The position numbers and the translations under genes were made by a program. This document shows positions 47,327 to 60,999 of a DNA stretch of 64,000 nucleotides, piece by piece. Source of the stretch: Ctenodactylus gundi (Eukaryota); contig CM109711.1 in NCBI GenBank assembly GCA_048771875.1, positions 4,367,768 to 4,431,767 on the forward strand. The letters are read 5' to 3'. Positions within the stretch are counted from its first letter, which is position 1; each line of letters begins with the position of its first letter. The notes below the pieces were generated by a model. The model was not told the DNA's origin. It worked only from the letters and a program-made list of their open reading frames with translations, and made no database searches.

Positions 47327-48399
47327 CTGGTGGGGTGGGAGAGTCAGGAGGAAGATGGCTTTGGGAGGGCCCCGAGAGCTACTCAATGTTTATGAAAAAA
47401 GGATTCCAAAGCCACAACAAAGTCCGAAACTGATCGGCCTCAAACCTCTCCCATATCCAAGAAATCCTTCTGAACATCTCCAGAGAATTCTCTTGTAAGC
47501 CTTTTTGCATACCCTGCCACAAATGAATTCCATCTCAAATCTGTTCTAGGTTTTCGCCATGCTAAAATTCTTACCGAACTACTTTATCATAAGCTTCTAA
47601 CCCCCTAGTGTCAATTCTGACCATCCTATTTAATTAAAATGTCGGCACCTACCCTCCAGTTACTACCACTTTAAACCTCACATAAATATACTTTGTCATT
47701 AGCTTTGCTCACTGGTCTTTCCCATCTCCACTATCCTAAGAAAAATAGCAAAGTCTACAAGATTAATCTTGTCATGTTCCTTTATCAAACAAGTCTCCAG
47801 CACAACCTGGTCACTTACGTAGATTAATTAAGTAAATAAATTCTTCACATTCTGTACTTGCAAGTTAAACTCCACCTCCCAAATTGTTATTTTCCTGCTT
47901 TCATAAGCCTTCTTAACCCTCCGCAGGGATGGGGGAGGCAAACTTTAAGGTCCCACGCCATGGGTGCCAAAATTGAATGTAGCACTCCAATAAAGTAAGG
48001 GTCACCTCCCAAGAACCGTCCGCCTCCCACTTTGGGGTTCCAGGCAAACCCAAAGCAGCCTTCTCCTTCTACCATACGCATTTACAGATGATTCTTAGAG
48101 CGTGCAAGAACCTGGGATAGGGGATTACACAGGGAGACGAGATCTCCCGGCTCTCCGGGCTGGCGGTCAGTGATTTTGAGGCAGAGGGAAACAAAAGGCC
48201 GGACAGTTGTAGCAACCGATGAACGTTGCCTGAAGATGAGCTGCTGGCTGGCTCCCAGGTCTTAGGAGCTGGGGGTGAAGGGTGGGAGCATCCTTAAGGA
48301 GGATTAAGAGGTGACCTGTTGGAGAACTTACCACAGCGCCTCGCAGAATTAGGAATCCTACAACTGTTCGCTACTGCTGGAGGTAAAAGAATAGACGAG

Positions 48400-49110
48400 G
48401 AGGGAAATTTGGAAAGCGGAGAGAAGACGCAATGCAAGGGCAGGGCGCTGAGAGAAGGGGCAGGAGGCGCGCTGGCTGCAACGCCCACGGGCGAGCGTTG
48501 GGGATCCCGGGCACCGCGGGAAGCACGTGCAGGGGCGCGCATACCTCCGGCGTCTGTGAGCACCTCCACGCGGCCGCTGAACATGGCTTTGAGCATGGTG
48601 TCTTGGCCCGTGAGGGTGCGGAGCGTGGTGTAGTGCAGCGAGCCGCCCACGTTCAGCTTCACGTACTTGCTGTTTGGGGTCATTGGCTCCAGACCCGAGG
48701 GCTTCGCAGCTTCCAGGGACGGAGCCGCGGCGGCGGCGGGGTCGGAGGCCTCGGCCGACATGCCGGTGGGTGGTGGCGGCGGGCGCCAACTGCCCCAGGC
48801 TCGGTCTGCGCGCCGTCGCCCGCTCGGGACGCGCCGGCACCCCAGCCCTCGGGCGGACCCGCAGGGTACACGCCCACTCGCGGCGGCTACTCCGCGACGC
48901 CGGCCCTCCGTCCCAGAGTTTTCGCACCACCGGAAGCCAGCGGCGGGCGGCTGCGCAGGCGCCTGCAGGCCCCGCCCCCTGCCCTGGGGGTGGGGACGCG
49001 AGTGCGGGGCATGCGCTCTGCGGGAGGCGGGTGGGAGGCTTCAGGTACCGGCTGTGGGGACGCGCTGACAGAGCGAGGGTCACTGTGCTGACAGTTCCGA
49101 GAGACCAGGT
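48400..49110. promoter_or_regulatory. KCTD13: KCTD13 promoter/5' CpG island (covers exon 1 and upstream)
   Basis: The segment is very GC/CpG-rich and stop-poor (cggcggcggcgggg..., gcgcgccgtcgcccgctcgggacgcgccggc). It creates spurious overlapping ORFs of 215-261 aa on both strands. Confidence 0.55.
48545..48761 (-). CDS. KCTD13: KCTD13 coding exon 1 ([72 protein letters not shown])
   Basis: ATG on the minus strand at 48759-48761. Donor GGAG|gtatgc. It is near-identical to the human N-terminus. The six exons total 963 nt. Confidence 0.9.
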
Positions 49111-52100
49111 GGAGAAAGCAGTAGGTCTCAGTTTCCTGCTCAATGGTGATGTGAAAAGCCGAGTCCCAAGCCCGCCATTGGATACTTGCCTTGGAGCTCC
49201 TCAATGCAGTGGGGCGGGAAGATGTTGGGGGCTTGGGGCTATGGTTTCAGGGCATACTAGACAGACTGGGAGGCGAACTCTTAAGGAAGGGGCACCCGGG
49301 CTTGGTGGCACAGACCCGTAATTCCAGCACTCTGGAAGCTGAAGCAGTCCAGCCTAGGCAATTTAGTGACTTAGTGATTATCTTGTATCAAAATGGCCTG
49401 GAACGTAGCTTAGTTAAGAAACCCCTGGGTTGGATCCCCTGTACCCCAAAGCAAACAATTAAAAAGGGGCGAGGGGACAAAGGCCGGCGGTGGATTTCTG
49501 AGGCCTGTCTGAGAAGGTGATGCTGAGCACAAGGTGAGGAGTGACCATGTGGAGGTGGGAAGCTAGAAGAGTCCAGGCAAGAGGGGCAGGTACCGAGACC
49601 CTCACACAGGAATGTGCTCTGTGGACTCGAGAAGCAGAAAGGATGTCAAGAGTGACTGCAGCAGCTGAGCAAAGGCCTTAGAATCCCAGCTAATGGTATA
49701 AGACGTAGCATAGTATGGACAAGAAATTGAGAAATGCTTGCATCTGACCCAATCTGCATCATGTTCACAAAGGACAATATAGAGGTGTAACAGTCTACCT
49801 TAAGGCCTAGCAAGGGGCCACAGGGAAAAGCAGAACCAGAGTTCTAGTTTCAATCTTGGCCACCAGTTCACTGGGGGTTCCTAGGCAAGACACTCCTCTC
49901 TGGGCATGGCTTTACTTTCCTGTTTAGTGTGGGTGCAAATTTAAATGCCTGCACGGTGAAGTGGGCAGTTATAAGGTATTGGAGAGAAATGGGTGTGTAG
50001 TAGTGCAGAGAGCTCAGGTTCTGCCAAAGGGGATTGCCAAGTCTGATTTTTGCAAGTGCAGATGTTGAGGGGGGAAAGGAAGCAGATCCTCACAGCTAGG
50101 GACTGGTTTCACATATACTCTCCCTTCAGAAATCTTGCTTTGCTAGTAGCTGGCCTGACACAGTGAAGCCGTGGTCTTGTCCAGTTAAGCACAAATTCAT
50201 AAAACCTAATGTTACACAAAGCCACAAAGTCATACTTTGTCTGATGGATGGAGGAAAAGACCATTCTGTAATAATGTCTGAAAACAAATATAAGAACATT
50301 GTCCTAAGCACACAAATGATCAAAGTCTGTCTGTCTGTCTTTCTTTCTTTCTTCTTTTTTTCCAGGCCATGGCTCACTTGGCTGCCAGGTTGGTCTCACA
50401 CTCCTGGACTCAAATGATTGCCCTACTTCAGCCTTCCTAGTATAGTTGGGACTATACATGCATATTACCATGCCTGGTTGACTTCTATTTCTTTATTAAG
50501 TAGATCATTATCCCTGATAGTTCCTCTGATCTTATATTGATAATTAAGATAACCAAAAAATTATCCCCACTTTCTGACTGCAGCCAATCTAAAGCAAATC
50601 CCTCCTGTCTAAAACCCTCCTAGGAAATCACCTAACACAATCCCCTAATAACTCCTCGTGAGCATGTGTTTGCTGAGATGCTCATGGTACCCCATAATGT
50701 CTAGTCTTCTTTATTCAACTATAGTGTCTGGGGGACAGCATTATCAGAAATGAAGAATCCACTGCATTTCGGCTGAGGCCCTTGCCCGTGATATGGCTGA
50801 TTATGTGCATGGTTGAGACTTCTTGTGTTTCTGTTTGTAGTGCTGTTCTGCTCATGGCTACAAGGTTAAGTTCTTGCTGAATTGAGCTGTGGTATTTGGT
50901 TAGGATCCCTAAACATTAGATTTATTTTGTTTTTCTCCCTTGAAATAAGATCTCCCTGGAATTTTTGGTTATTTAAACAGATTTGTATTTTTCCTCAGTG
51001 AAACTGTCTTCTGGGCTTCTGCATCTGTTCCTGTCCTCTATATGCTTGTCTGGTGTATGGAACATTCATCTATAAGAAGAAAAATCTATATGGAAAAGAT
51101 AGATGTGCAGACCTGGTTGTCTAACGGCATTGTTTGTGAGCATTTGTGATCCATCTCTGATGACAGAACGATACTTGTCTAAGAAGTTGAAGATGTTAAT
51201 TGCTCTGCCGCCATGCAGCTAGATAGCGTCTGAGTCTCATTTGTTTCCGGAATTAGCCAGACAAGCCCCTCCATTAACCAAGGGCCAATGTTTGTCTACA
51301 ACCAGCACCAGAGGCTGCACAATTCAGAAGGTATTCTCAGGCCAGTGTCTTTTGTATAAACTTGGCCTAGCTCATCATTTCAAAACCTTGAGAAGGAATT
51401 CTTAGTTTTGCCTGTATCTCTGCAAACTGCTTTGTTTCATATCTTCTGCCCAGAATCGAGAGGTTTTCTCTGACCGTGATCAGTGACTATCAGTCTTTGG
51501 CGAAGTTCTAGAGATACGAAGTTGCATGAGAATAGTCCGTTTTTGTGAACAAGACCTGCTTTTTTAAATTTTTAATGATTATTCTAACTTGTACTTTTTT
51601 TTGAGACAGGGTCTTGCTCTGTGGTCTAGGCTGGCCCTGAATTCACTATAGAGTCCAGGTTGCCTTGAAACTCAGCAGTTCTCCTGCCTCAGCCTCCCAA
51701 GTGCTGGGATTACAGGTGTATGCCACCACACCAGAATTATGTAGTGCTGAGGAATCAAACTCAGGGCCTTGTGCTGGCTAGGCAAGTGCTCTAACCACTT
51801 TACTCTTCCTCCAGCCCCTGTACTCTTTGTAAATGTATTTATTGGTGCCTCTTAATATTATACTGAATTTCAATGAGGTATTTCATACATATGTATATTT
51901 TGATCATATCCATGCCCTCATTATCCTCTTATAATCCCCCTTCTTCACCTTAAATACCTCCTCTTATGTAATAATTGTCTCCCTTTTAAATTTTTATTAG
52001 CATGCATTTGCAATATATAATAACAGTCAGCGTGAGAAATTGGCAGATTTTCATATCACATCTTGATAATTTTCATTATTTTTATTTCTCTTCCCCCTTC

Positions 52101-52559
52101 CCACTCCCCCATCCCTTTCTCCACAAAATCTATCTTCTTAATTTCTTCCATCTCACTTTTACTTTGCTCTTTTAGGCAACTTAGTCAGACCCTATCTCAA
52201 AATTTTAAAAAAATATTACTGGGATACAACTTACTGAGTTTGCATAAATCGCCGGGTTCTCCAGCATTTGGGGAAAGAGGGGGGAAAGCCGAGCCTTGAA
52301 GCATAGGGCTGCAATCCCAGTACTATGGGAGGCTGAAGCAAGAGGATTTCAAGTTTTAGCCCAGTCTGAGCAATTTATCACTTTAGTGAGATTCTGTCTC
52401 AAAATCAAAAACAAAAAGGGCTGTGGATATAACTCAATGTGAAGGCTCTGGGTTCAATTCCTAGTACTAAAGACAGATGGATAGACAGATGTATTCAGAT
52501 TTCTATTACTAAAAAGTTCTCTCTCCAGTAATACACAAGTATTTCTCTGGTAGTATTAT

Positions 52560-53420
52560 TTTTTAAACAACTTTGCGTAACTTTACCCCCCCCCCATTTT
52601 ATTGATATGTATAAGTGCAAAATTTAAGGTTTACATTGATCTTGAGCATTTTGTGCACATACATATCTAGTCAAGGTAACAAGACCTTCCCCGCTCTCCT
52701 TTTGATCCTCACTCTACCCACCTCCGACCCCGTTCCCTTTATTTTCCACTTTAAGTTCTGTGAGATAATTGTGATCTGGGATCTGGGTTTCTCATATCAG
52801 AGAGACCATTCGATATTTCATCTTCTGCTTCTGACTCACTTCACTAAGCATGATGGTCTCAAGTTTCCTCCATTTGCTTACAAAAGCCTCCACACAGTTG
52901 GACTTCATAGATGCATACTATTCCATTGTGTATAAATACCACAGCTTGTGTATCCACTGGTCTGTTGATAGGTATTTTGGTGTCTTCCACATTGTAGCTA
53001 TTGTTAGTTTTGCTGCTATGAACGTGGGTACACATGTATCTCTGTTATGTGTTGTTTTTAACTCTTTTGGGAATATTCCAGGAGAGGTATCGCTGGATCG
53101 AAGGGGATATTTATTTCCAATCTTTTGAGAAACCTCCATACTGCTTTCCATAGCGGTTGTACCAGTTTACATTCCCACCAGCAGTGCAGGAGGGTTCCTT
53201 TCTCCCCACAGCCTCACCAGCACTGATTGCTATTTGAGTTGTTGATATAGGCCAATCTCTCTGGAGTTAGATGATATCTCAGTGATGTTTTGATTTGCAT
53301 TTCTCTTATGGCTTATGTTGAACATCTTTTCATGTATTTATTGGCTATTGTAACTTTACCTTTTGCTTGGAAAATACACTGTCCATATCATCTACAATCT
53401 TCAGGAAGAATGAAGAGAAC
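52560..53420 (-). mobile_element. LINE-1 fragment, ORF2 C-terminal region (antisense on plus strand)
   Basis: The minus ORF 52918..53151 encodes ...CVPTFIAAKLTIATMWKTPKYLSTDQWIHKLWYLYTMEYY, the conserved L1 ORF2 C-terminal motif. Confidence 0.6.
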
Positions 53421-56400
53421 TGAAGAAATTTGCATAAACTTAATAATCAAACTCTTATAAGCCAGGTGTGGTGGCACACACCTGTAATCCCAGTACTCAG
53501 GAGGCTGAGACAGGAGGATTGTGGTGAGTCCAAGGCCAGCCTGGTTTCCATGGTGAGTTCAGTACCAGCCTGGGCCACAGAGTGAGACCCTGTCTCAAAA
53601 AAAAAAAAAAAGAAAAAGAAAAATCAAGCTCTTAGAGTCCCCAGATTTTATCATTGACCTTGAAGGCAGTAAGATCAGTTCCCTCTAGGACGCACAAGTT
53701 ATCTCCTTCTGAGTTAATAGCAGACAGCCCCAGGCACTGGGAATTACGTGCAAGCCCATGAACCCCATGTGTAAACTTCTATGACTGATACTTCAGGCAA
53801 GTCACATGAAACCTCCAGATTTATCACCCTTACGTATAAGCTGCAATTCTAAAACACACACCCAAGCAGCCTTGTGTGATCTGAAACCTACAAGCCTGGG
53901 AATAGAATCAGGGAAAGAACCCTGAATCACTAGGAACAGGTCCGTAGCAGGCAACTGACACAACAGCAAAACTCCATATCCCTGATTTTTAAAAAAGTTA
54001 GTTGAGATGGAACCAAGAGCCTTTGTACTGAGCTTCATCCCCACCTAATTTTTATTTTTAAATTTTTGTTTTTGTGGGACTGAGCTCAAGCCCAAGGTCT
54101 TCACACTGAGCTAGCCTAGTTTTCAGTTATGGCTTTAAGATGAGGTTTTAAGTTGCCCAGGCTGGGTTTGAACTTGTGATCCTCCTGCCTCAGATTCCAA
54201 GAGTTCTGGGATTACAGACCTGTGCAACCAGACCCAACTTGTTGATCCTTGGGTCCATATTTTCCAACTGAGAAAACATAAATAAGAAACAAAAGATTAA
54301 CAATCTGATTCTCAACACTTTTCTCTTTTTTTCAAGTTTTAAGCAGTTGTATTTTATATATACAACTCTGAACAAAAAATGAACAGAAGTGTACAATATG
54401 CTTACCTGTATACATAAACCTACTTTTAAAACTATAGATATTTATTTATTTATTTATTTTTGAGACATAGTCTCACCCTGTAGTCCAAGCTGGTCCCAAG
54501 CTCACTGTGGAGCTCGGGCTGGCCCTGAAATCACAGCAATCCTCCTACCTCAATGTCCTGAGTGCTGGTATCACAAGTATGCACTACAATGCTGAGATTA
54601 TATGGTTCTGGGGAATTGAACTCAGGACTCTTGCCCTTGCTAGGCAAGTGCTTTAACCGCTGAGATCTTCTACCAGCCCCGTATGGCTTTATTATAGTTC
54701 ATACTGACTTTAATAGCTGTCCCAGGGATTTGCTTGAAATGGATCCCAGTGAGTGACAGCTGTGGCACCTTATAGACCTCCATCTGCCCCTGCTTGAGGC
54801 TGTCCTGTTGAACATCTCCATGAATCCTGAAAAACAGAAATCTCTCTTTTTCTTCCAAACCACAATTATTTGCATCTAACGCTTTCTGGATTACTCTAAT
54901 CATGTCATTACAATCTATGGCACTCATGGTCTTCACATCTTCACACTCCATGTGAACAGCAAAGAATGTGGCTTGGAATCTTCACTGTCTCCCTTGTCTC
55001 GTTTTTTTGGTTCCCCTGACATACTTTTCTGGAAGGGCTGGTTCTGTCACTGGCTTCGCCTTCACCTGGGTCCTTGTGGACACATTTTGATATGGTTTTG
55101 CTTATTGTACCCTCAGATATGGGTGTGTCTGGACCTGTGATCCTGTAAGTCTGGATTTCTTTATAGTTTAACCTCATAAAGTTCCCCTGCTAGTGTGTGT
55201 ACATCTCCCCCCACCTTCAAGGGTCAGCGAGGCACATGGCCTGTTATAGGTGGCGCTGTGGTGTTCCTGGTGGAAAGCGCTCCAGCTTGAGCTCCCTTGG
55301 GGAGAAAAGATTTGGTCTGGAGAGGTGGCAGATGGGGAAGCAGCAGGTGCTCTCTGGGTTGTACCAGGATGGAAAGCTCCAGAGCTATCTTTAATGGTTT
55401 GCAGTGTGACTTCAATAGGATGACCAAAAGCAGCCATGGACCTCGTAGGCAGAGAGCCCAACAGAGGTCCTGGCAGAGCCTGCAGGGGACATGCTACTCA
55501 CAGATGGCTCCGTAAAGCTGCCGTCTTTCTGTTGCACGGTAGCGTGTGTGGACCTGTGTTCCTGTCACAGACCTATGTGTTCCTTCTTGCCATGCTGTCT
55601 TCACTGTACACATTGTTACCTGAAATAGTTGCAGATTTCTTTCTCTCTGGACCCACCAGAGGGCTGGCATTCTTCCTGCTTTAGGATCCAAATGTAGTTC
55701 AGTACCCTTTTTAATACCCTTGTTTAGTATTATCTGAAGTGCTCTCTTTAAAGTTTTCTTAAGGTATTTAGTATTTCTCCCTTCTACCCACCTTATAGAA
55801 GTTATTCAGATATCCAATCAGGGCTGGGAGCATAGCTTGATGAGAGAGCTTGCCTAGTAAATATGAAGCCCCAGTTTGATCCCCAGCATCACATAAGCAG
55901 AGTGTGGTGGCACACACCTGTAATCCTAGCACTCAGGAGGCAGAGGCAGGAGGATTGTCTTAAGTTCCAGGCCAGCCTGGGCTATATACTGAGTTCAGGA
56001 GCATCCTGGACTACAGAGCAAGACTGTCTCAAAAAATAAAAAAAAGAAAAAGAAAAAGAAAAAAGATACACAATCACAGAATTGTCCCTGCTTCCTGATA
56101 GCATCCTTATCAGAGCAAAGCCCTTTTCCCTAAATCCTCCCAGAAACTTAACACAAGAATATACTTAACACTGTAACAAATCATTTTTAGTACATTTTAG
56201 TAAAGTTTCCTCAGACTTCCCCATACTGTATGGACTTCTTCATTGTTATAAGTCAGCAAACCCAACTTTGTTCTATTTTAAATGTGTTCTTTGTGGCCTT
56301 TGATAAGAGGGCATTACCACTGAAATATTTTTTAAGTGAAAGACACTGGTTTTTAAAGTTGATCTAGGGCAGGCCTGGTGACACAGGCCTATAATCCCAG

Positions 56401-57169
56401 TATCCTGGGAGGTTGAGGCAGGAGGATTACAAATTGAAGCCCAGTCTGTGCAATTTAGCAACTTAGTGTTTTTGTTTATTTGCTTGTTTTTTGAGGCAGA
56501 CTCTTACTCTGTAGTCTAGGCTGCTCGTGAACTCACCATGTAGTCTATGCTGGCCTTAAACATATGGCAGTCCTCCTGCCTTAGCCTCCAGAATGCTGGA
56601 ATTACAAGCATTCATCACACCAGTTTATGTGGTGCTGGGGAATCAAACTCAGGGCCTTGAGCTATACCCCTAGCAGCTAACTTAGCAACTTAGGGAGACC
56701 TTGCCTCACGATCAGAACTGAGCTAGGGCTCAGCATGAAGGCCCTGGGCTTGATCTCCAAAACTAAAACTAAATAAATATTTAAAATAAAATAAAATTTG
56801 ACCTAAAGCAAGTTCTAAACACTAAAAAACAAAACAGGCCTATGGATTAGATTTGGTCAGAGCACTACCAACGTGCACCCTCTCAGTTAGATGGTCTCCC
56901 TGCTGGATGTAAAGGTTAATACTGTTATGGGCAATTAGCAGTCATTAAGTATCCAAGTTGAACCAAGGACAGAACACATACTTCCCACATGTACTATTTT
57001 ATTCAATGTTCTTTCCTGCTAAGTCATTCAGAACTCTCTGCACCTGATTCATGCTGTACCATTTGCAAGGTTTCCTGCGGCATGTTTGACTATAAATGAG
57101 GTCAGATCCCGATTTCACAGGAAGATGCTGATGTATACCCATTCCCCCTCACCCTGCGCGCCTGTAACC

Positions 57170-57471
57170 ATGGGAACTGTGGGCAAGTACACAATCCACC
57201 TCCATGAACAAATCCTCAGGAGACAAAGTTCATTTTAATGCAGTTGGTCTGGCCACAGGAATATGGGGGACTCTCTGGACTTCTCAGCCTGGTGCTACCT
57301 CCTGATTTTAAGCTAGTTTTGCTGGAGGAGAGAGTGGAGCTGTTTCAGGTAGGAGAGTCTTACTGGGAACCAGGAACTGCGCCAGGCAAAAGAAAGCTGT
57401 GGGGGAAATTCTCCCAGGCCTGTTCAGCCAGGCCTTGTCTACCAGGTCCCCAGGTCTCTGACGACATGTGA
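57170..57471 (+). pseudogene. TMEM219-like first-coding-exon remnant (frame-disrupted)
   Basis: ATG at 57170 gives MGTVGKYTIHLHEQIL..stop. A +1 frame (ORF 57238..57471) gives LVWPQEYGGLSGLLSLVLPP...FQ|gtagga. Read together they resemble the TMEM219 N-terminus as I recall it (MGNCQAGHNLHLCLAHHPPLVCATLILLLLGLSGLGLGSFLL), which I could not verify, only if the frame is switched. The position downstream of the KCTD13 5' end matches TMEM219 in human. Confidence 0.3.
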
Positions 57472-57959
57472 GCATGCGGATCAAGCATAGAGATAGAAGG
57501 AACTCAGACATTGTCCAGAGCATTGAGTGGAATACCTGGAAGGACCTTTCCAGCTCAGAATCATTGGAACAAGGGGCTCAACTCTCTAATGGCTGCGGTG
57601 GCCTGCAAAGATGGGAAGAAACAGGAAAGTTTTAGGCTTAGTGATAAAGTGTGCACTCCCGTGGATCCCCATTTCCCACATCATATGTCCTTGTCACTGT
57701 TCTCCAAAAAGCCCTGGGAATTTTGCCTTATTCTCACTGCCTGACATTAATCCTGGGAACCTGTAGACCCTCTCAGACCTGCCTTTTCCCTCTCTATGCT
57801 TTGTGGACCAGCGTGTTTGCCTCAGTTTTCCTGCCTAACATTAGTTTCACCGGACCTTTCCCTGACCCATCTTCTTAAAGTCCCCTGGCCAATGCTGTCC
57901 TCTGGAGTCAGGACCATCTTCTATGCCCACAGTGCCAGGCAGGGCTTATGATACAAAAT

Positions 57960-58600
57960 ACATTAATTACTTAGAATGAGGATGTTTTAGTTACTTTTTC
58001 ATTGCTGGGATAAAATACCCAACATCCACAACTTAAGGGAGGAAAGATTTATTTTAGCTCACCGGTTCCTGGGTGGCTGGCAATGACGGGAAGGGTCTGA
58101 CAGAGGACAGCTGCTCATAGCATCACAAGAGGAAGTCAGGAGCCTCCAGAAGCTGGACTAGGAGTTTATATCCTCCCAGATCAAATGCCAGTAATCTAAT
58201 CTTCCACAGCTCTCCTCCACCGCATGCCTGTAGCCCACCCTTCTGACCAGGCCCCACCTCTTAACAGCTGTGGAATCATCCCACAACAAGCAAATGCATG
58301 AGGCTTTTGGGGGACAATCCGCTTTTGGGGGACAATCCGGATCCCAACCACAACAAAGGATTTGTAATGTAGCTACTCACAGGAGTTTCTGGCTGCCTCT
58401 GATAAACTATGTGAATATTAACAACACCCTCAATCTCACTGCTTTGGACATGTGAGCCATGGCCATGTTGTGAGATGGATAAGGTTCACAGTCCAGGCCT
58501 CTGGTCCAGTCTTGTCCCATTTCTTACCTGATCATACACCTGAGATTCCAGCATGTCTTTTTGGCAAAGCCGGCCATTTTGAAAGACATGGCAAAATAAA
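57960..58600 (+). mobile_element. MaLR/ORR1-like LTR-type interspersed repeat
   Basis: It carries the motif ttttcattgctgggataaaatacccaac...gggaggaaagatttattttagctcac, characteristic of a rodent LTR family. It includes a 19 bp tandem duplication. Confidence 0.3.
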
Positions 58601-58861
58601 CAAAAAGTAGGAGAGAAAGTTAAAAGATAGATGAGAGAAAGGGGGCGGGGGAGAGAGAACAGATGTGCTGCTAAAAAGGCTTTAACATTTTTCTACCAGT
58701 TAGCCAGTCAGTCCCTTAAGGCAGAATGCAAGTCTGAATTTCTTTCTCCATCTCAGTTCAATGAGTATTTGATGCATTTTTATTTTTTATTCTTATGATT
58801 TTATGGTGGTACTGGAGATTGGACCTAGGTCCTCATACAGGCTAAGCATATACTCTATTGC

Positions 58862-58862
58862 A

Positions 58863-58944
<82 letters not shown>

Positions 58945-58965
58945 GAGACAGAGAGAGATTCAAGT
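58862..58965. repeat. (CA)n-(GA)n compound microsatellite
   Basis: Sequence cacacacacacacacacagagagagagagag.... Confidence 0.9.
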
Positions 58966-59098
58966 CTTATTATTTAAAAAAGTTTAGCTCAGCACTGGAG
59001 AGGCTGAGGCAGGAGGATTGCCTTGAGTTGGAGCCCAGCCTGGGCTACATGTAAGTTCAGGACCAGCCTACACTACGGAGCAAGATCCTGTCTCAAAA

Positions 59099-59125
59099 AA
59101 CAAACAAACAAACAAACAAACAAAA
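59099..59125. repeat. (CAAA)n microsatellite
   Basis: Sequence caaacaaacaaacaaacaaacaaaa. Confidence 0.85.
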
Positions 59126-59802
59126 AACCTTATATGGGACTGGAGGAATAGCACAGAAATATTGCCTTGAACTCAAGGCAATCCTCCAGCCTTAGCTGGG
59201 ATTACAGGCATATGCTACCACGCCTGGTTTATGTGGTGCTGGGAATCAAATTCAGGGCCTTGCACTTGCTATGCCAGTGCTCTAACCACTGAGCTATTCC
59301 TCCAGCCCATAAGTATATATTTAATCTCCTTTTTGTACAACACAAATATCAGCATCCTATATGTTTTCTACATTGTTGTTTCCACTTGATATATCTTATA
59401 GTTATTTCATGTGTGTACATGTAGCTATATCACATCCTATTTAGGAGCTGCATAGTATGTTACTATGGACATACCAATTTGTTTAAGATCCTACTAATAA
59501 CTCAATTAGATTGGTTGTTTCTGGTCCACTGTCAACAGTGCTACAATGAGCATTTTTATAATGCTTCTTGGCTGGAGGTATAGCTTAGTGATTAAAGGAC
59601 TTGCCTAGCATGCATAAGGGCCTGGGTTTGATTTCCCAGCACCACGTAAAAATTAGCCAGGTACAATGGAGCATACCTGTAATTCCAGCTAGGAGACTAA
59701 GGCAGGAGGATTGCCATGACTTCAAGGTCAGCCTGGGCTACATAGCAAGTTCTAGACGAACCTGGACTATAGAGTGAGACTCGGTCTACAAAAAATAAAA
59801 AA

Positions 59803-59806
<4 letters not shown>

Positions 59807-59838
<32 letters not shown>
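59807..59838. repeat. (CA)n microsatellite
   Basis: Sequence cacacacacacaca.... Confidence 0.9.
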
Positions 59839-59840
<2 letters not shown>

Positions 59841-60999
59841 ATATCAGATACTTCTTGGAACATGTGAATAACTTTGTCAGATAAAGTCCTAAGGGCTAGA
59901 GATATAGCTCAGAGGGGTGTATTAGTTTGGGTTCTTTCAAAGACAAAATTTACAGATTTTATCACAAAAGGATCTATTAGGAAGGCTTACAAATCCAAGG
60001 ATAGAGATGGTCCAAGATGGCTGCTCAGCCATGAAGTAGATCTCCCGTCTGGGACTGCAGGACAGCCAGTGAGTGAGGTGAGAGTCTGCTGCAGATCTCG
60101 GGTGAAGACCAAAGCCTGAAGATGGGTGACTGAAGAACAGTGACGGGCAGAAAGGCACAAGTCAAGACTGGAGCAAATCTGTGCTGATGATCTGCGATGT
60201 GCAGCAAGTCGGTGTCCATAGACAATTGCAAAGGCCAAAGCTTTCCCAGAGGAAGGAGCTGTGACAATCTTCCCTCTTCCTTCCTTTTATGCCCTTGGAG
60301 TTCTAGTTGGCCCTCCCACATCTGGGTGGGTGCTCGTCTCTCATTGGCCAGCCCACAAATCACTCACACTCTTATCCAGATCAGTTCTTGATCCCCAATT
60401 TAGGCATGGTTCACAAATCCTAATCCTAATGGAGGTGTGGTTCCTAATTCCCTCAAATTGATATAATCTCTTCAGCGGTCACAGAGGTGGAATGCTTGCT
60501 TGGCAAGTGCAAAGTCCTGGGTTTAATCTATATACAACATGGGATATTCGTATAAAATCTTTAAAAATATGTATACATGAATTTATGGATGGTTAGGTAG
60601 ATAAAATGATAAAACAAATCTCTCAAAATGTTAGTTATTAATGAAATGTGAGTAAATAATTTATGAAAGTTAAAGATATCTGAAATAACTAAGTATGCCA
60701 TTATATCTATTGCTTTATATGTAATATACTTTTGTGATACAGATTTAAGTTTACTTAATATAGCAATTTAATATAGATATAAGTTTACTTAATGTAACAA
60801 TTCACTTTTTTGGTCTATGATGTAAGTTTATCATAACAAAACTGATTGATGTAATGATAACCTGAATGTCTTTTGGATGTACAAACATTTACCTTTTAGT
60901 ACTCAGCTAAGGAATTTGAAATTTAACTTTTATGTTTTTCTTTCTCACATTTTCTACCTTTATGAATTTAATTGTTTTAGTTCTTTTCTAACGTGGACT

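Noticed and set aside
48358-49321. ORFs of 215-261 aa overlapping or antisense to KCTD13 exon 1
   Set aside because: They are a GC-rich promoter/CpG-island artefact. Only the MSAEAS... frame matches a known protein.
54670-55700. Minus-strand ORFs of 93-95 aa (MECEDVKTMSAIDCNDMIRVIQKALDANNCGLEEKERF...)
   Set aside because: This is probably a decayed transposon or retroviral-derived interspersed repeat. I could not classify it from sequence alone, so it is not reported as a gene.
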